64,000 bases of DNA from Macrostomum lignano. Its lineage: Eukaryota. The translations under genes were made by a program, and so were the position numbers. Each line of letters begins with the position of its first letter. Within the stretch, counting starts at the first letter, position 1. Location: assembly GCA_002269645.1 (NCBI GenBank), contig NIVC01001296.1, positions 1 to 64,000 of the forward strand, written 5' to 3'. The notes under the pieces are model-generated. The model saw nothing but the letters and a program-made list of their open reading frames with translations, was not told the origin of the DNA and did no database searches. Positions 53,101 to 64,000 of the stretch are shown in pieces.

Positions 53101-56100
53101 TTGCTGATTAGGATTTACCATTGCTGATTAGGATTTACCATTGCTGATTAGGATTCACCATTGCTGATTAGGATTTACCATTGCTGATTAGGATTTACCA
53201 TTGCTGATTAGGATTTACCATTGCTGATTAGGATTTACCATTGCTGATGGTGATTTACCACCATTGCTGATGGGGATTTACCACCATTGCTGATGGGGAT
53301 TTACCATTGCTGATGGTGATTTACCACCATTGCTGATGGGGATTTACCATTGCTGATTAGGATTTACCATTGCTGATGGGGATTTACCATTGCTGATGGG
53401 GATTTACCATTGCTGATGGGGATTTACCATTGCTGATGGTGATTTACCATTGCTGATGGGGATTTACCATTGCTGATGGGGATTCACCATTGATAATGGG
53501 GATTTACCATTGCTGATGGTGATTTACCATTGCTGATGGTGATTTACCATTGCTGATGGTGATTTACCATTGCTGATGGTGATTTACCATTGCTGATGGT
53601 GATTTACCATTGCTGATGGCGATTTACCATTGCTGATGGGGATTTACCATTGCTGATGAGGATTTACCATTGCTGATGGGGATTCACCATTGCTGATGAG
53701 GATTTACCATTGCTGATTAGGATTTACCATTGCTGATGGGGATTTACCATTGCTGATGGGGATTTACCATTGCTGATGGGGATTTACCATTGCTGATGAG
53801 GATTTACCATTGCTGATTAGGATTTACCATTCTCAAATGAGGATTTACCATTGCTGATTAGGATTTACCATTGCTGATTAGGATTTACCATTGCTGATTA
53901 GGATTTACCATTGCTGATTAGGATTTACCATTGCTGATTAGGATTTACCATTGCTGATTAGGATTTACCATTGCTGATTAGGATTTACCATTGCTGATTA
54001 GGATTTACCATTGCTGATTAGGATTTACCATTGCTGATTAGGATTTACCATTGCTGATTAGGATTTACCATTGCTGATTAGGATTTACCATTCTCAAATG
54101 AGGATTTACCACTGTCAATTTGAGAACAAAGAACAAAACATGGGTCATACTGCTATCTGAGCTCAGCTTACCAACTATCGCTAGATGCTGCGGAGGTCCA
54201 TAGTGACACTTTCGCACTGATGTGGAACTCCCATCGTCTACCCGGGACATATCTCCCTCCCAAGGGGCCTCTGGGGTTAACTGGGCCAACTAGAGGGGAC
54301 ATATTTGAGTCGAATAGTATCCCTTGTCTACCCTACTCCCAACCTCCCCATCTCAGACCGCGGGAAGGATGCAGCAGGCCTTCTCAACTTGTGATTGATC
54401 GGATCGTTTGCTCCAGACTTTGGGAAATCGATCTGCTTTTCCTTACTTCGTTCGTCCGTTGCTTTTTTAACTTTGCTTTCTTTAAGTAGACCAATCTTTT
54501 AACTCTTCTGCTGACTCAACCCGCTGCAGGAATCGGCCTGGCTCTGGCTGCTGCTGTCAAAGGCTACCGCTGCACCATTGTCATGCCGGAGAAGATGAGC
54601 AAGGAGAAGGTGATGCGCCACCGCCAGACTTCACAGATCCCCAGTTTCTGAGCCAGCCTCCCAGATCCCCAGTTTCTGGGCCAGCCTTCCAGATCCCCAG
54701 TTTCTGGGCCAGCCTCCCAGATCCCCAGTTGCTGGGCCAGCCTCCCAGAGCCTCAGTTGCTGGGCCAGCCTCCCAGATCCTCAGTTGCTGGGCCAGCCTC
54801 CCAGATCCTCAGTTGCTGGGCCAGCCTCCCAGATCCTCAGTTGCTGAACCAGCCTCCCAGATCCCCAGTTGCTGGGCCAGCCTCCCAGAGCCCCAGTTGC
54901 TGGGCCAGCCTCCCAGATCCTCAGTTTCTGGGCCAGCCTCCCAGATCCTCAGTTGCTGGAACAGCCTCCCAGATCCTCAGTTGCTGGGCCAGCCTCCCAG
55001 ATCCTCAGTTGCTGAACCAGCCTCCCAGATCCCCAGTTGCTGGGCCAGCCTCCCAGAGCCCCAGTTGCTGGGCCAGCCTCCCAGATCCTCAGTTGCTGAA
55101 CCAGCCTCCCAGATCCTCAGTTTCTGGGCCAGCCTCCCAGATCCTCAGTTGCTGGAACAGCCTCCCAGATCCTCAGTTGCTGGGCCAGCCTCCCAGATTC
55201 TCAGTTGTTGGACCAGCCTCCCAGATCCTCAGTTGCTGTGGCACTAGCCTCCCAGATCCTCAGTTGCTGGGCCAGCCTCCCAGATCCTCAGTTGCTGGAC
55301 CAGCCTCCCAGATCCTCAGTTGCTGGACCAGCCTCCCAGATCCTCAGTTGCTGGGCCAGCCTCCCAGATCCTCAGTTGCTGGGCCAGCCTCCCAGATCCT
55401 CAGTTGCTGGACCAGCCTCCCAGATCCTCAGTTGCTGGGCCAGCCTCCCAGATCCTCAGTTGCTGGGCCAGCCTCCCAAATCCTGTTTAGGACCCTCTAC
55501 TATCCTCGCGATTTTCCTAGACAGCATCTCGCCCCCTCTTATGCTGACCGTCAGGTCGACGTTCTGCGCGCCCTCGGCGCCGACATCGTCCGCACGCCGA
55601 CGGCGGCCAGCTACGACAGCGCCGAGTCGCACATCGGCGTTGCCAAGCAGCTGCTGAACACCGTGGCCAATTCGCACATCCTTGATCAGTACACCAACCC
55701 CTCCAACCCGATGGCCCACTTCGACGGTGAGTTTCACGTTTTATACTGCTGGATGTCATTTGCAATTTAGAGGCTGACTATTCTACCAACCCACTCATAG
55801 TAGATTTTGTATTAATCACTCACATTCCACCTATATAATCATTCATAATTTACCTGTCAATCACTCGTAATTCACCTGTCAATCACTCATAGGCCACCTG
55901 GCAATCACTCATAGTCTACCTGTCAATCACTTACATTCTACTGTCCATCACTCCACTCCACCTGTCAATCACTTACCTTTCACCTGTTCAATCATTCACG
56001 TTCCTACTCCAGGCACAGCCGAGGAGATCCTGGAAGCGTGCTCCGGTCAGCTGGACATGGTGGTGCTTGGCGCTGGCACAGGCGGCACCCTGTGCGGAGT

Positions 56101-59100
56101 GGCTCGCAAGCTGAAGCAGCGCTGCCCAGACTGCCTGATCATCGGGGTTGATCCGCTGGGCTCGATACTGGCTCAGCCTGACGAGCTGAACGCCACCAAA
56201 GTGACTGGCTACGATGTTGAGGGAATCGGGTGAGTTGGCTGCACTGAAATCATATGATCTGTTCTGATATCACTGTTAGTCTATGACCTGATATCACTGT
56301 TAGTCTATGACCTGATGTCACTGTTAGTCTATGACCTGATATCACTGTTAGTCTATGACCTGATATCACTGTTAGTCTATGACCTGATATCACTGTTAGT
56401 CTATGACCTGATGTCACTGCTAGTCTATGACCTGATGTCACTGTTAGTCTATGACCTGATATCACTGTTAGTCTATGACCTGATGTCACTGTTAGTCTAT
56501 GACCTGATATCACTGTTAGTCTATGGCCTGATGTCACTGTTAGTCTATGGCCTGATGTCACTGTTAGTCTATGACCTGATATCACTGTTAGTCTATGACC
56601 TGATGTCACTGTTAGTCTATGGCCTGATATCACTGTTAGTCTATGGCCTGATATCACTGTTAGTCTATGACCTGATGTCACTGTTAGTCTATGACTCTGT
56701 TGTCACTGTTAGTCTATGACCTGATGTCACTGTTAGTCTATGACCTGATGTCACTGTTAGTCTATGGCCTGATATCACTGTTAGTCTATGACCTGATGTC
56801 ACTGTTAGTCTATGACTCTGTTGTCACTGTTAGTCTATGACCTGATGTCACTGTTAGTCTATGACCTGATGTCACTGTTAGTCTATGACCTGATATCACT
56901 GTTAGTCTATGACCTGATGTCACTGTTAGTCTATGGCCTGATGTCACTGTTAGTCTATGACCTGATGTCACTGTTAGTCTATGACCTGATATCTGTTAGT
57001 CTATGACCTGATGTCACTGTTAGTCTATGACCTGACGTCACTGTTAGTCTATGACCTGATATCACTGTTAGTCTATGGCCTGATGTCACTGTTAGTCTAT
57101 GACCTGATGTCACTGTTAGTCTATGACCTGATATCACTGCTAGTCTACGACCTGATGTCACTGTTAGTCTATGACCTGATGTCACTGTTAGTCTATGACC
57201 TGATATCACTGCTAGTCTATGACCTGATATTACTGTTAGTCTATGACCTGATATCACTGTTAGTCTATGACCTTATATCTGTTAGTCTATGACCTGACGT
57301 CACTGTTAGTCTATGACCTGATGTCACTGTTAGTCTATGACTCTGATGTCACTGTTAGTCTATGACCTGATATCACTGCTAGTCTATGACCTGATATTAC
57401 TGTTAGTATATGACCTGATATCACTGTTAGTCTATGACCTGATATCTGTTAGTCTATGACCTGACGTCACTGTTAGTCTATGACCTGATATCACTGTTAG
57501 TCTATGGCCTGATATCACTGTTAGTCTATGACCTGATGTCACTGTTAGTCTATGACCTGATATCTGTTAGTCTATGACCTGATGTCACTGTTAGTCATGA
57601 CCTGATATCACTGCTAGTCTATGACCTGATATCTGTTAGTCTATGACCTGATGTCACTGTTAGTCTATGACCTGATATCACTGTTAGTCTATGACCTGAT
57701 ATCACTGCTAGTCTATGACCTGATGTCACTGTTAGTCTATGACCTGATATCACTGCTAGTCTATGACCTGATATCACTGTTAGTCTATGACCTGATATCA
57801 CTGTTAGTCTATGACCTAATATCACTGCTAGTCTATGACCTGATATTACTGTTAGTCTATGACCTGATATCACTGCTAGTCTATGACCTGATATCACTGT
57901 TAGTCTATGACCTGATATCACTGCTAGTCTATGACCTGATATCACTGCTAGTCTATGACCTGATATCTGTTAGTCTATGACCTGATGTCACTGTTAGTCA
58001 TGACCTGATATCACTGCTAGTCTATGACCTGATATCTGTTAGTCTATGACCTGATGTCACTGTTAGTCTATGACCTGATATCACTGCTAGTCTATGACCT
58101 GATGTCACTGTTAGTCTATGACCTGATATCACTGCTAGTCTATGACCTGATATCACTGTTAGTCTATGACCTGATATCACTGTTAGTCTATGACCTAATA
58201 TCACTGCTAGTCTATGACCTGATATTACTGTTAGTCTATGACCTGATATCACTGCTAGTCTATGACCTGATATCACTGTTAGTCTATGACCTGATATCAC
58301 TGCTAGTCTATGACCTGATATCACTGCTAGTCTATGACCTGTTATCTGTTAGTCTATGACCTAATATCACTGCTAGTCTATGACCTAATATCACTGCTAG
58401 TCTATGACCTGATATTACTGTTAGTCTATGACCTGATATCACTGCTAGTCTATGACCTGATATCTGTTAGTCTATGACCTGATATCACTGTTAGTCTATG
58501 ACCTGATATCTGTTAGTCTATGACCTAATATCACTGCTAGTCTATGACCTGATATTACTGTTAGTCTATGACCTAATATCACTGCTAGTCTATGACCTAA
58601 TATCACTGCTAGTCTATGACCTGATATTACTGTTAGTCTATGACCTGATATTACTGTTAGTCTATGACCTTATATTACCCGGCAGGTACGATTTCGTCCC
58701 CACCGTGCTGGATCGGTCCCTGGTGGACCACTGGTACAAATCGAATGACGTGGACTCGCTGCGCATGGCCCGCCGTCTGATCAGACGCGAGGGCCTCCTC
58801 TGCGGCGGCAGCAGTGGCAGCGCTTTCGATTGCGCGCTGCGCGCCGTTCGCGATTTTGGCCTCGGCGCCGGCAAGCGGGTTGTTGTGCTGCTGCCCGACT
58901 CGGTTAGAAACTACATGACCAAATTTCTCAGCGACGACTGGATGATTGAACGGGGACACATGCCCGATCCCGAGGTTGGCTGGCTAGTTTTACTACTAAC
59001 TCTCTTAAATCAGTAGCCAGTAAAGAAGGTTTTCGCTATTTTTATTGTATTCTATTAAAGATTCTGGTACATTTTCTGAGCTCTAATACTTACGAGTTGG

Positions 59101-60084
59101 AAAAAATATTTATTTTTCTGTTGAGAAAGGAAGATAAAAAGGATGACATACTTTATGAGCGTATTATTGGTGCCGGAGAAATGTACATTGTTATCAGCGC
59201 GGCAGATAGGCAATGTACATTGTTATCAGCGCGGCAGGTAGGCAATGTACATTGTTATCAGCGCGGCAGGTAGGCAATGTACATTGTTATCAGCGAGCGC
59301 GGCAGTTAGGCAATGTACATTGTTATCAGCGAGCGCGGCAGTTAGGCAATGTACATTGTTATCAGCGCGGCAGGTAGGCAATGTACATTGTTATCAGCGC
59401 GGCAGGTAGGCAATGTACATTGTTATCAGCGCGGCAGGTAGGCAATGTACATTGTTATCAGCGCGGCAGGTAGGCAATGTACATTGTTAACAGCGCGGCA
59501 GGTAGGCAATGTACATTGTTATCAGCGCGGCAGGTAGGCAATGTAGATTGTTATCAGCGCGGCAGGTAGGCAATGTACATTGTTATCGGCGCGGCAGGTA
59601 GGCAATACATTGTTATGAAAATGCTGTAGAAAGAAGAAGCGATACTACTGTTTTGAAAGTAGCTTAATTTTTAAAGTTGAGTAATTTTCAAACAACGATT
59701 TTAATTGCTTTTTTGCTGCCCAGGACGATCCCAGCCTGGGCCCGTCCCATGCCTGGATGTCCGTCCGGGTCGGCAGCCTCGACCTCCGCGCCCCCCTGAC
59801 CGTGGCGCCTGACGTGTCCGTCAGCGAAACCCTGGAGCTGTTCAACCGCGAATCCATCGACCAGGTGCCAGTTGTTGAACGGTCCAGCGGCGCCATCGTT
59901 GGCATGGCAACGCTGAGCAACATCACGTCGAGAATTATTCGAGGCAGCCTGGCACCCACCGACCCGGTTGGCTCGGCGGCCTTCGACAAGTTCACGAAGG
60001 TGACGCCCGACGCCAAGCTGGGCGCCGTGAGTCGGAGGCTGGACACCGACCACTTCGTGCTGGTGGTGCAGCAGCAGCGGCAGT
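41174..60084 (+). CDS. CBS: Cystathionine beta-synthase, 8 exons in window (~506 aa); final exon lies beyond the window
   Basis: Exons 41174-41331, 42441-42547, 42628-42762, 54530-54609, 55555-55726, 56013-56229, 58686-58974, 59724-60084, phases consistent. Heme ligands SRC...ESPH, PLP motif [64 protein letters not shown]-terminal CBS domains. Confidence 0.97.
41412..42390. repeat. 32-bp minisatellite (CTGTAGAGGATGAGATTCCAGAAGTGTTTATT)n in CBS intron 1
   Basis: Direct reading, about 30 copies. Confidence 0.95.
42771..43255. repeat. 32/33-bp minisatellite (CCCCGCTCATGTACATTCCACTGCTGTGATGT)n at the 5' end of CBS intron 3
   Basis: Starts about 9 nt after the donor. Confidence 0.95.
43276..43590 (+). 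mobile_element. tRNA-derived SINE with a CORE-like central domain
   Basis: A box TAGCCTAGTGG, B box GGTTCGATTCC (43328-43338), segment GTGTCTTTTAGCAAGACACTTAACTC...CTGTAAAATGGG resembling the MIR CORE, ATT-rich tail, and TSD ATATAGGTAT(A/G)AA at 43263-43275 / 43591-43603. Confidence 0.85.
43950..44430. repeat. Telomere-like 20-bp satellite (GGTTAGGGTTATGGTTTCTA)n
   Basis: Each unit carries TTAGGG; flanks are degenerate TTAGG runs. Confidence 0.9.
44689..46104 (-). CDS. Intronless type I membrane protein with two three-finger (Ly6/uPAR- or activin-receptor-like) Cys modules, nested antisense in CBS intron 3, 471 aa
   Basis: Signal-like [19 protein letters not shown]; 8-Cys module ending CRDRPMCN; 6-Cys module ending CRTDYCT; N-glycosylation sequons NRT, NVT, NTS; TM segment [20 protein letters not shown]; low-complexity tail ending EDETIV; GC-rich with polyQ/A/G tracts like other exons here. 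Confidence 0.85.
   Translation of the reverse strand: MSGHLPALIAVLLLAALSHMPARTTQVTIIKSAAAAEDAAKSKATAAVPCLTGRCDRLGGCNRTEVFRPQLCQHGCASLMYIDAHGRQLLLHRLCAKRQPNPSEYNVTIKYCRDRPMCNDRMEMQQQQPEAGTVGNHDNGEQFSCLFRDRSVEPGSKGYPVPCKSPPSYVHRMCIVYRQQAELAAEPSAMGALCSLDYLHLNYLVNTSSLLQYTSYEINCRTDYCTGVNRAGGGLAGAGTSGGLQGGGEANHRPPLPPHLSRIEFDDAAVLMRAFAGVSAAALLLLLLAGLAQVRTARAAASASAAATAAATAATAASATSPLPVGSTAKRRQQRQRQRRRQDCCSSTGGLCPTCGGIRTPPTSDISSQAGGFDSLPGGESLAVCQLHGSIGGRRVRSAVSECNLTQPDQRQDSQQQQQQQMPRPSLAVRSAVASRRGLQLQVHFANNCDSGGCGGGGGGGSSSGEDETIV
46210..46930. repeat. 23-bp minisatellite (CTGCTACTCCCACCATCCTGTCT)n
   Basis: Direct reading; lies just upstream of the nested gene. Confidence 0.93.
47546..48630. repeat. 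36-bp minisatellite (GCTGTAGGTGCCCCACTCCAAACAGAATAAACTGGG)n, about 30 copies
   Basis: 12-aa periodic ORFs in all three minus frames. Confidence 0.97.
48889..49143 (-). CDS. Candidate coding exon (85 codons, one TM-like segment) in CBS intron 3
   Basis: ATG at 49143, natural-looking sequence ending [24 protein letters not shown], followed by donor CTG|gtaagc. No homology recognised. Confidence 0.4.
50283..50642. repeat. 42-bp minisatellite (GAGTCAGTGTGTATTCTGAGCCTCTCTATCAGCAGTCGGACA)n
   Basis: Direct reading, about 8.5 copies. Confidence 0.95.
50990..54110. repeat. 3.1-kb 23/20-bp satellite (TGCTGATGGGGATTTACCACCAT / TGCTGATTAGGATTTACCAT)
   Basis: Direct reading; variant blocks recur. Confidence 0.97.
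54630..55480. repeat. 28-bp minisatellite (CAGCCTCCCAGATCCTCAGTTGCTGGGC)n filling CBS intron 4
   Basis: Direct reading. Confidence 0.95.
55800..56000. repeat. Degenerate ~24-bp repeat (CACCTGTCAATCACTCAT-like) in CBS intron 5
   Basis: Several imperfect copies. Confidence 0.6.
56262..58672. repeat. 24-bp minisatellite (GTCACTGTTAGTCTATGACCTGAT)n filling CBS intron 6
   Basis: Direct reading; 8-aa periodic ORFs; last unit decays into the acceptor. Confidence 0.97.
59180..59615. repeat. 32-bp minisatellite (AATGTACATTGTTATCAGCGCGGCAGGTAGGC)n in CBS intron 7
   Basis: Direct reading. Confidence 0.95.
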
Positions 60085-60102
60085 GTGAGTTCTAGGAAGA
60101 AG

Positions 60103-60228
60103 TTTGTGTAGTTTGTGTAGTTTTTGGTGTAGTTAGTGTAGTTTGTGGTGTAGTTAGTGTAGTTTGTGGTGTATTTAGTGTAGTTAGTGGCGTAGTTAAT
60201 GTAGTTTGTGGTGTAGTTAATGTAGTGA
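60103..60228. repeat. Short GTGTAGTT-based simple repeat at the start of CBS intron 8
   Basis: Direct reading. Confidence 0.75.
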
Positions 60229-60239
60229 GGTGCCGGGCG

Positions 60240-63200
60240 TGTTTTGATGTACTGCACTGCACCTGACTCACCTGAGTCCAATTATGAGTAACTCTAACTA
60301 GCCAGCCAGCCTAACTAACCAAACCGGCCTACTCCGGTGTACGCTGCTCTGCGTACTTTTTCTCTCTCTCCCCCTTGACATGATAATATTCAGTAGTGAT
60401 CGATTCTGAGTTTTAAGCCCACTTACTTGTTGTCTTTTAAGCCTATATATTGGTCTCGCCACCTACCACCTCGTATCTCACAATCATTGCAATAATTCGC
60501 TCATCTCAAATACACAACTTCGTACTTGACTCAAACCAAGCTCACGGGCGGCCTTGTCATCGTTTACTGGGCGCGACTTGACAATGGCGTCGCAAGCAAA
60601 CAACTCCGAACTAAACTTGGATGACCCAGACACAGCCGAAGCCTGGCTGCTCAGCTTTGCGGCTGCCGCACGAACCAAGAAACTGACGGACACAGAAGAA
60701 GATCGGCAGATCACCGATCTATTCCTCGCCAGGGCAGGTCTCAAGGCACTGAGAACGCTGTCCCTCATGGCTGCCCCGACCAGCCTGGAGAAAAAAACAT
60801 TTGAACAAATTCGAGACATCATCAAGGAGACAATCCGGCCCAAGAAGCGCCTCGATATTGCCGAACGAGCAAAATTCCTCGCCCTCAGGCAGGACCCAAG
60901 CGAAAGTGTCGCCTCCTACTACCGCCGACTCCGTGCAGCAGCGGCTACGTGTAGCTTTGAGAAGCTCGGGACGAAACAGTCAAGCGAGGACGAGCTCATC
61001 ACCATGCGGCTCGTGGACGGACTCGCCTCTGTGGACCACAAACATAGACTGTTGGAGAGAATGCAAGCTACCGACATGCTGCTGAACGAGGTGCTGCAAA
61101 CACTTGAGCAACTTGAGCAAATCCGCTGCTACAACACCAGCACCGGGGCCGCTGCCAACACCGAGGCCAGCATCGCCTATGCAGGGCGGCGCGGCACGCC
61201 CCCACAGCCAGCGCCGGACACCAGACCACCGAGGAACATCAGCAAGACGAAGTGCCAATATTGCGGCGGTTTGCACCAGCAAGGCGCATGCCCTGCGTTC
61301 GGCAAGCGGTGCACCGCCTGCAACAAGAAAAACCACTTCGCTGCCGTATGCAGGTCCCGCACCGTGCATCTAGAGACCTGGGAGGAGAACGAAGGCGCCG
61401 ATATGGAGCGAGATACTGCCAACGTCTTCGTCATCAGACCAAAGCGCAGAGAGCGGAACGGCATCTTCCGGCAGGTAAAAATCAACGGCAAGGAGCTGCA
61501 AATGCAGGTAGATACGGGCGCTGATGTGAGTCTCATTCCACGGGGCCACTGGGAGACACTTGGATGCCCAGCACTGAGGAAATCCAGACGAATTCCGAGA
61601 CAGTTCGACGGATCGATCATAAAAACCCTGGGAGAGTTCACTGCCACGTGGGATGACCAAGAAAAGTTCCGCACAGTCGACTTGGTGGTCACAGCAGCGC
61701 GCAAGTCACATGGACTGCTGGGTCTTGACAATCTGGATTGGAACCCCGAAGGCCAGGCAGCCAGTGCTCAGGATTCCGTAGTTCAACATCTCGATTGTCT
61801 GAAAGGCTTCCAGGCCAGGATCAAGCTGATTGAGGGTGCCAAGCCTTTCTACTGCGCAGCCAGAGCAGTGCCGCTGCACCTGCGTGACCGCGTCAATCAG
61901 GAGCTAAAGCGTCTCGTGACTGAGGGCATCATCGAGCCGGTGACGGAGGGCGGCAGCGAATGGGCGTCCCCGATCGTCTGCGTCCTAAAACCTAATGGCA
62001 ATGTCAGAATTTGCGCCGACTACAAAGCGGGGGTCAACCATCAGGTGTGCGGGGACACCTACCCCATGCCAACCGTCGAAACGATCTTCTCGGACGTTGC
62101 CGGAATGACTGACTTTGCCACTCTCGACCTATCTGACGCCTACTTACAGATCGAGCTCGAGGAGAAGAGCAGGGAGGTCACCACGATTGCAACTCCTTTA
62201 GGGCTGTTCCGCTACACCCGACTAGTGCCTGGCCTCAAGTCAGCATCCGCCATCTTTCAAAAGGCAATGGAGACCACCCTCGAGGACGTAAGCGGCAAGG
62301 TCATTTATCAAGACGACATCCTTATCGGAGGTCAATCTGCCGAGGGTCTCAAGGCCAAAGTTGATGAAGTAATCAAGACCCTACAGGCGGCCGGCATGAA
62401 TATAAATCTCGCCAAATCCAACCTGGGGGCCAAGACAGTCAAGTTCCTGGGCTACAGAATCAGCGCAGACGGAATCTCGCCAGACCCCGGCCTGGTCAGC
62501 AAAATCATGGAGATCTCCGCGCCACGCGACCGTCGCCAGTTAGAGTCGTTCCTTGGTCTCTGCAATTTCTTCGGAAGGTTTGTCAACAACTATGCGCACG
62601 TTGTCGAGCCTTTGAACCAGCTGCGCAAGAAGGGAGCGGAGTTTGTGTGGGGAGCTGCGCAAGAAGCGGCCTTCCACCAGCTGAAGAAGCTGCTGAGCTC
62701 CGGCCCGATCATCCAGCCTTATGACCGAGCCAAAGAGACAACGCTGACGACAGACGCCAGTGAAAAGGCGGTGGCCGCCGTGCTCACGCAGGAAGGGCAC
62801 CCCGTCATCTACTTCAGCCGGCGATTGACACAGGCGGAGGCGCGCTACTCCAACATCGAGCGGGAGGCTCTGGCGATTGTTTGGGCGATGGAGAGGGCTC
62901 GACAGTTCCTTCTAGGCAAGCGTTTCATACTGCGAACGGACCACCGCCCTCTAGAGTTCCTGTTTGGAACAAGACAACAACTCCCCAAGGTCGCCAACGC
63001 TCGACTGCTTCGCTGGGCCATCCGCCTCATGGGGTTCGACTTCGCAATTGAGTACGTCCGAGGAGCCCAAATTCCGCACGCCGATGCGCTCTCCCGGCTC
63101 GACTTTGCCGACGTTCCGGACGACCAGGCTGAAGCTGCGACTCACCACCACCACCTGGTGCATTGGGCTGGTGAAAGCGTCATTGGTTGGAATGAGCTAG

Positions 63201-64000
63201 CAGAGGAGACAAAACGTGACAGGCTGCTAGCAGATGTCATGCGCAGGATAGCCGGAAATCGCTGGTCGGGCTGCTCCCCTGCAGAGCGGCCCTTCAAGGC
63301 AATTCGTCACGCGCTTACAATAGACGACTCGGTAGTGTGCTACGGAGACCGGCCAGTCATTCCCTCGTCTTTGCGAAGCCGCGTCCTGGAGTTGGTACAC
63401 AGCGGGGCGCACCCCGGTGCCTCGAGCACACGAGCGCTGGTCCGCAACTCCGTCTGGTGGCCAGGCTACTGCGGCGACGTGGAAGGATTCGTCCGTGCCT
63501 GCCACACCTGCGCCAAGCAACGCCAAAGCGGCCACAGCAGCGTCCATCAATGGCCGGCCGACTCTGAACCCTGGGGACGCGTCCACATGGACCACGCTCA
63601 CGTCCCAAAGGTCGGGCTCCTGCTGGTCCTGGTCGACGCCATGTCCGCCTGGCCGGAGGCCGTCCGAGTGCCGGACAAGAGCGCCGCGACCGTCAGGAAG
63701 GTCCTCCAGGAGGTCTTCGCCCGCAATGGAGTTCCCCGAACCCTGGTGAGTGACAATGCTGCTGAATTTCATGATGAAGGGTTGGTGAGTTGGCTGAGCA
63801 GAATTGGCTGCCGCGCTGTGAAAACTCCGCCATACCACCCCCAGTCGAACGGCCTGGCTGAGCGCATGGTGCAGACGATCAAGGTGGCCTCGGCGGGCTG
63901 GGACCAGCAGGAGTCGTACGACGCGTTCCTCGCGCGGATTCTGCTAAACTACCGATGCGTGCCGCATGCCGGAAGAGAGTTCAGTCCAGCGCAGCTGATG
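60240..64000 (+). mobile_element. Ty3/gypsy LTR retrotransposon, Mag-like clade, runs off the window
   Basis: Putative 5' LTR 60240-60583 (TGTT...GACA) with TATA-like TATATA near 60445, PBS-like TGGCGTCGC at 60585, then a single gag-pol ORF. The LTR start is inferred; the 3' LTR is not visible. Confidence 0.9.
60584..64000 (+). CDS. Gag-Pol polyprotein (single ORF, at least 1139 codons, open to window end)
   Basis: Two zinc knuckles CQYCGGLHQQGAC / CTACNKKNHFAAVC, protease VDTGA, RT YQDD (62306-62317), RNase H TTDAS...EREALA...TDHRPL, integrase HHCC and MDH...SDN...GLAERMV. All checked landmarks are in one frame; absent from the ORF track because there is no stop. Confidence 0.95.
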   Translation, partial: MASQANNSELNLDDPDTAEAWLLSFAAAARTKKLTDTEEDRQITDLFLARAGLKALRTLSLMAAPTSLEKKTFEQIRDIIKETIRPKKRLDIAERAKFLALRQDPSESVASYYRRLRAAAATCSFEKLGTKQSSEDELITMRLVDGLASVDHKHRLLERMQATDMLLNEVLQTLEQLEQIRCYNTSTGAAANTEASIAYAGRRGTPPQPAPDTRPPRNISKTKCQYCGGLHQQGACPAFGKRCTACNKKNHFAAVCRSRTVHLETWEENEGADMERDTANVFVIRPKRRERNGIFRQVKINGKELQMQVDTGADVSLIPRGHWETLGCPALRKSRRIPRQFDGSIIKTLGEFTATWDDQEKFRTVDLVVTAARKSHGLLGLDNLDWNPEGQAASAQDSVVQHLDCLKGFQARIKLIEGAKPFYCAARAVPLHLRDRVNQELKRLVTEGIIEPVTEGGSEWASPIVCVLKPNGNVRICADYKAGVNHQVCGDTYPMPTVETIFSDVAGMTDFATLDLSDAYLQIELEEKSREVTTIATPLGLFRYTRLVPGLKSASAIFQKAMETTLEDVSGKVIYQDDILIGGQSAEGLKAKVDEVIKTLQAAGMNINLAKSNLGAKTVKFLGYRISADGISPDPGLVSKIMEISAPRDRRQLESFLGLCNFFGRFVNNYAHVVEPLNQLRKKGAEFVWGAAQEAAFHQLKKLLSSGPIIQPYDRAKETTLTTDASEKAVAAVLTQEGHPVIYFSRRLTQAEARYSNIEREALAIVWAMERARQFLLGKRFILRTDHRPLEFLFGTRQQLPKVANARLLRWAIRLMGFDFAIEYVRGAQIPHADALSRLDFADVPDDQAEAATHHHHLVHWAGESVIGWNELAEETKRDRLLADVMRRIAGNRWSGCSPAERPFKAIRHALTIDDSVVCYGDRPVIPSSLRSRVLELVHSGAHPGASSTRALVRNSVWWPGYCGDVEGFVRACHTCAKQRQSGHSSVHQWPADSEPWGRVHMDHAHVPKVGLLLVLVDAMSAWPEAVRVPDKSAATVRKVLQEVFARNGVPRTLVSDNAAEFHDEGLVSWLSRIGCRAVKTPPYHPQSNGLAERMVQTIKVASAGWDQQESYDAFLARILLNYRCVPHAGREFSPAQLM

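Overview
Animal genomic DNA with GT-AG spliced genes, GC-rich exons and introns filled with minisatellites. The style resembles a free-living flatworm such as Macrostomum (inference, not checked). Genes reconstructed by hand, with consistent exon phases: an NDNF/Nord-like secreted protein (minus, 6 exons, 839 aa), NSA2 (minus), ETFB (minus), ANKRD13 (plus) and cystathionine beta-synthase (plus, 8 exons here, last exon beyond the window). The 11.8-kb third CBS intron holds an antisense intronless gene for a type I membrane protein with two three-finger-like Cys modules, no kinase and a PDZ-type C-terminus. It also holds a tRNA-derived CORE-type SINE and six private tandem arrays, one of them telomere-like. 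Mobile elements: a frameshifted DD34D mariner, a three-layer nest of DNA transposons (target-site duplications visible for the outer and inner layers), MITEs, and an apparently intact Mag-like Ty3/gypsy element in the last visible CBS intron. Cross-cutting signals: most long introns carry their own tandem array, several with AG|GT motifs on the sense strand; CAG acceptors sit 2 nt before three start codons; TIR mismatches are biased to CpG transitions; and kb-scale CpG-free domains lie between ETFB and ANKRD13. No prokaryote-type system such as CRISPR is supported.
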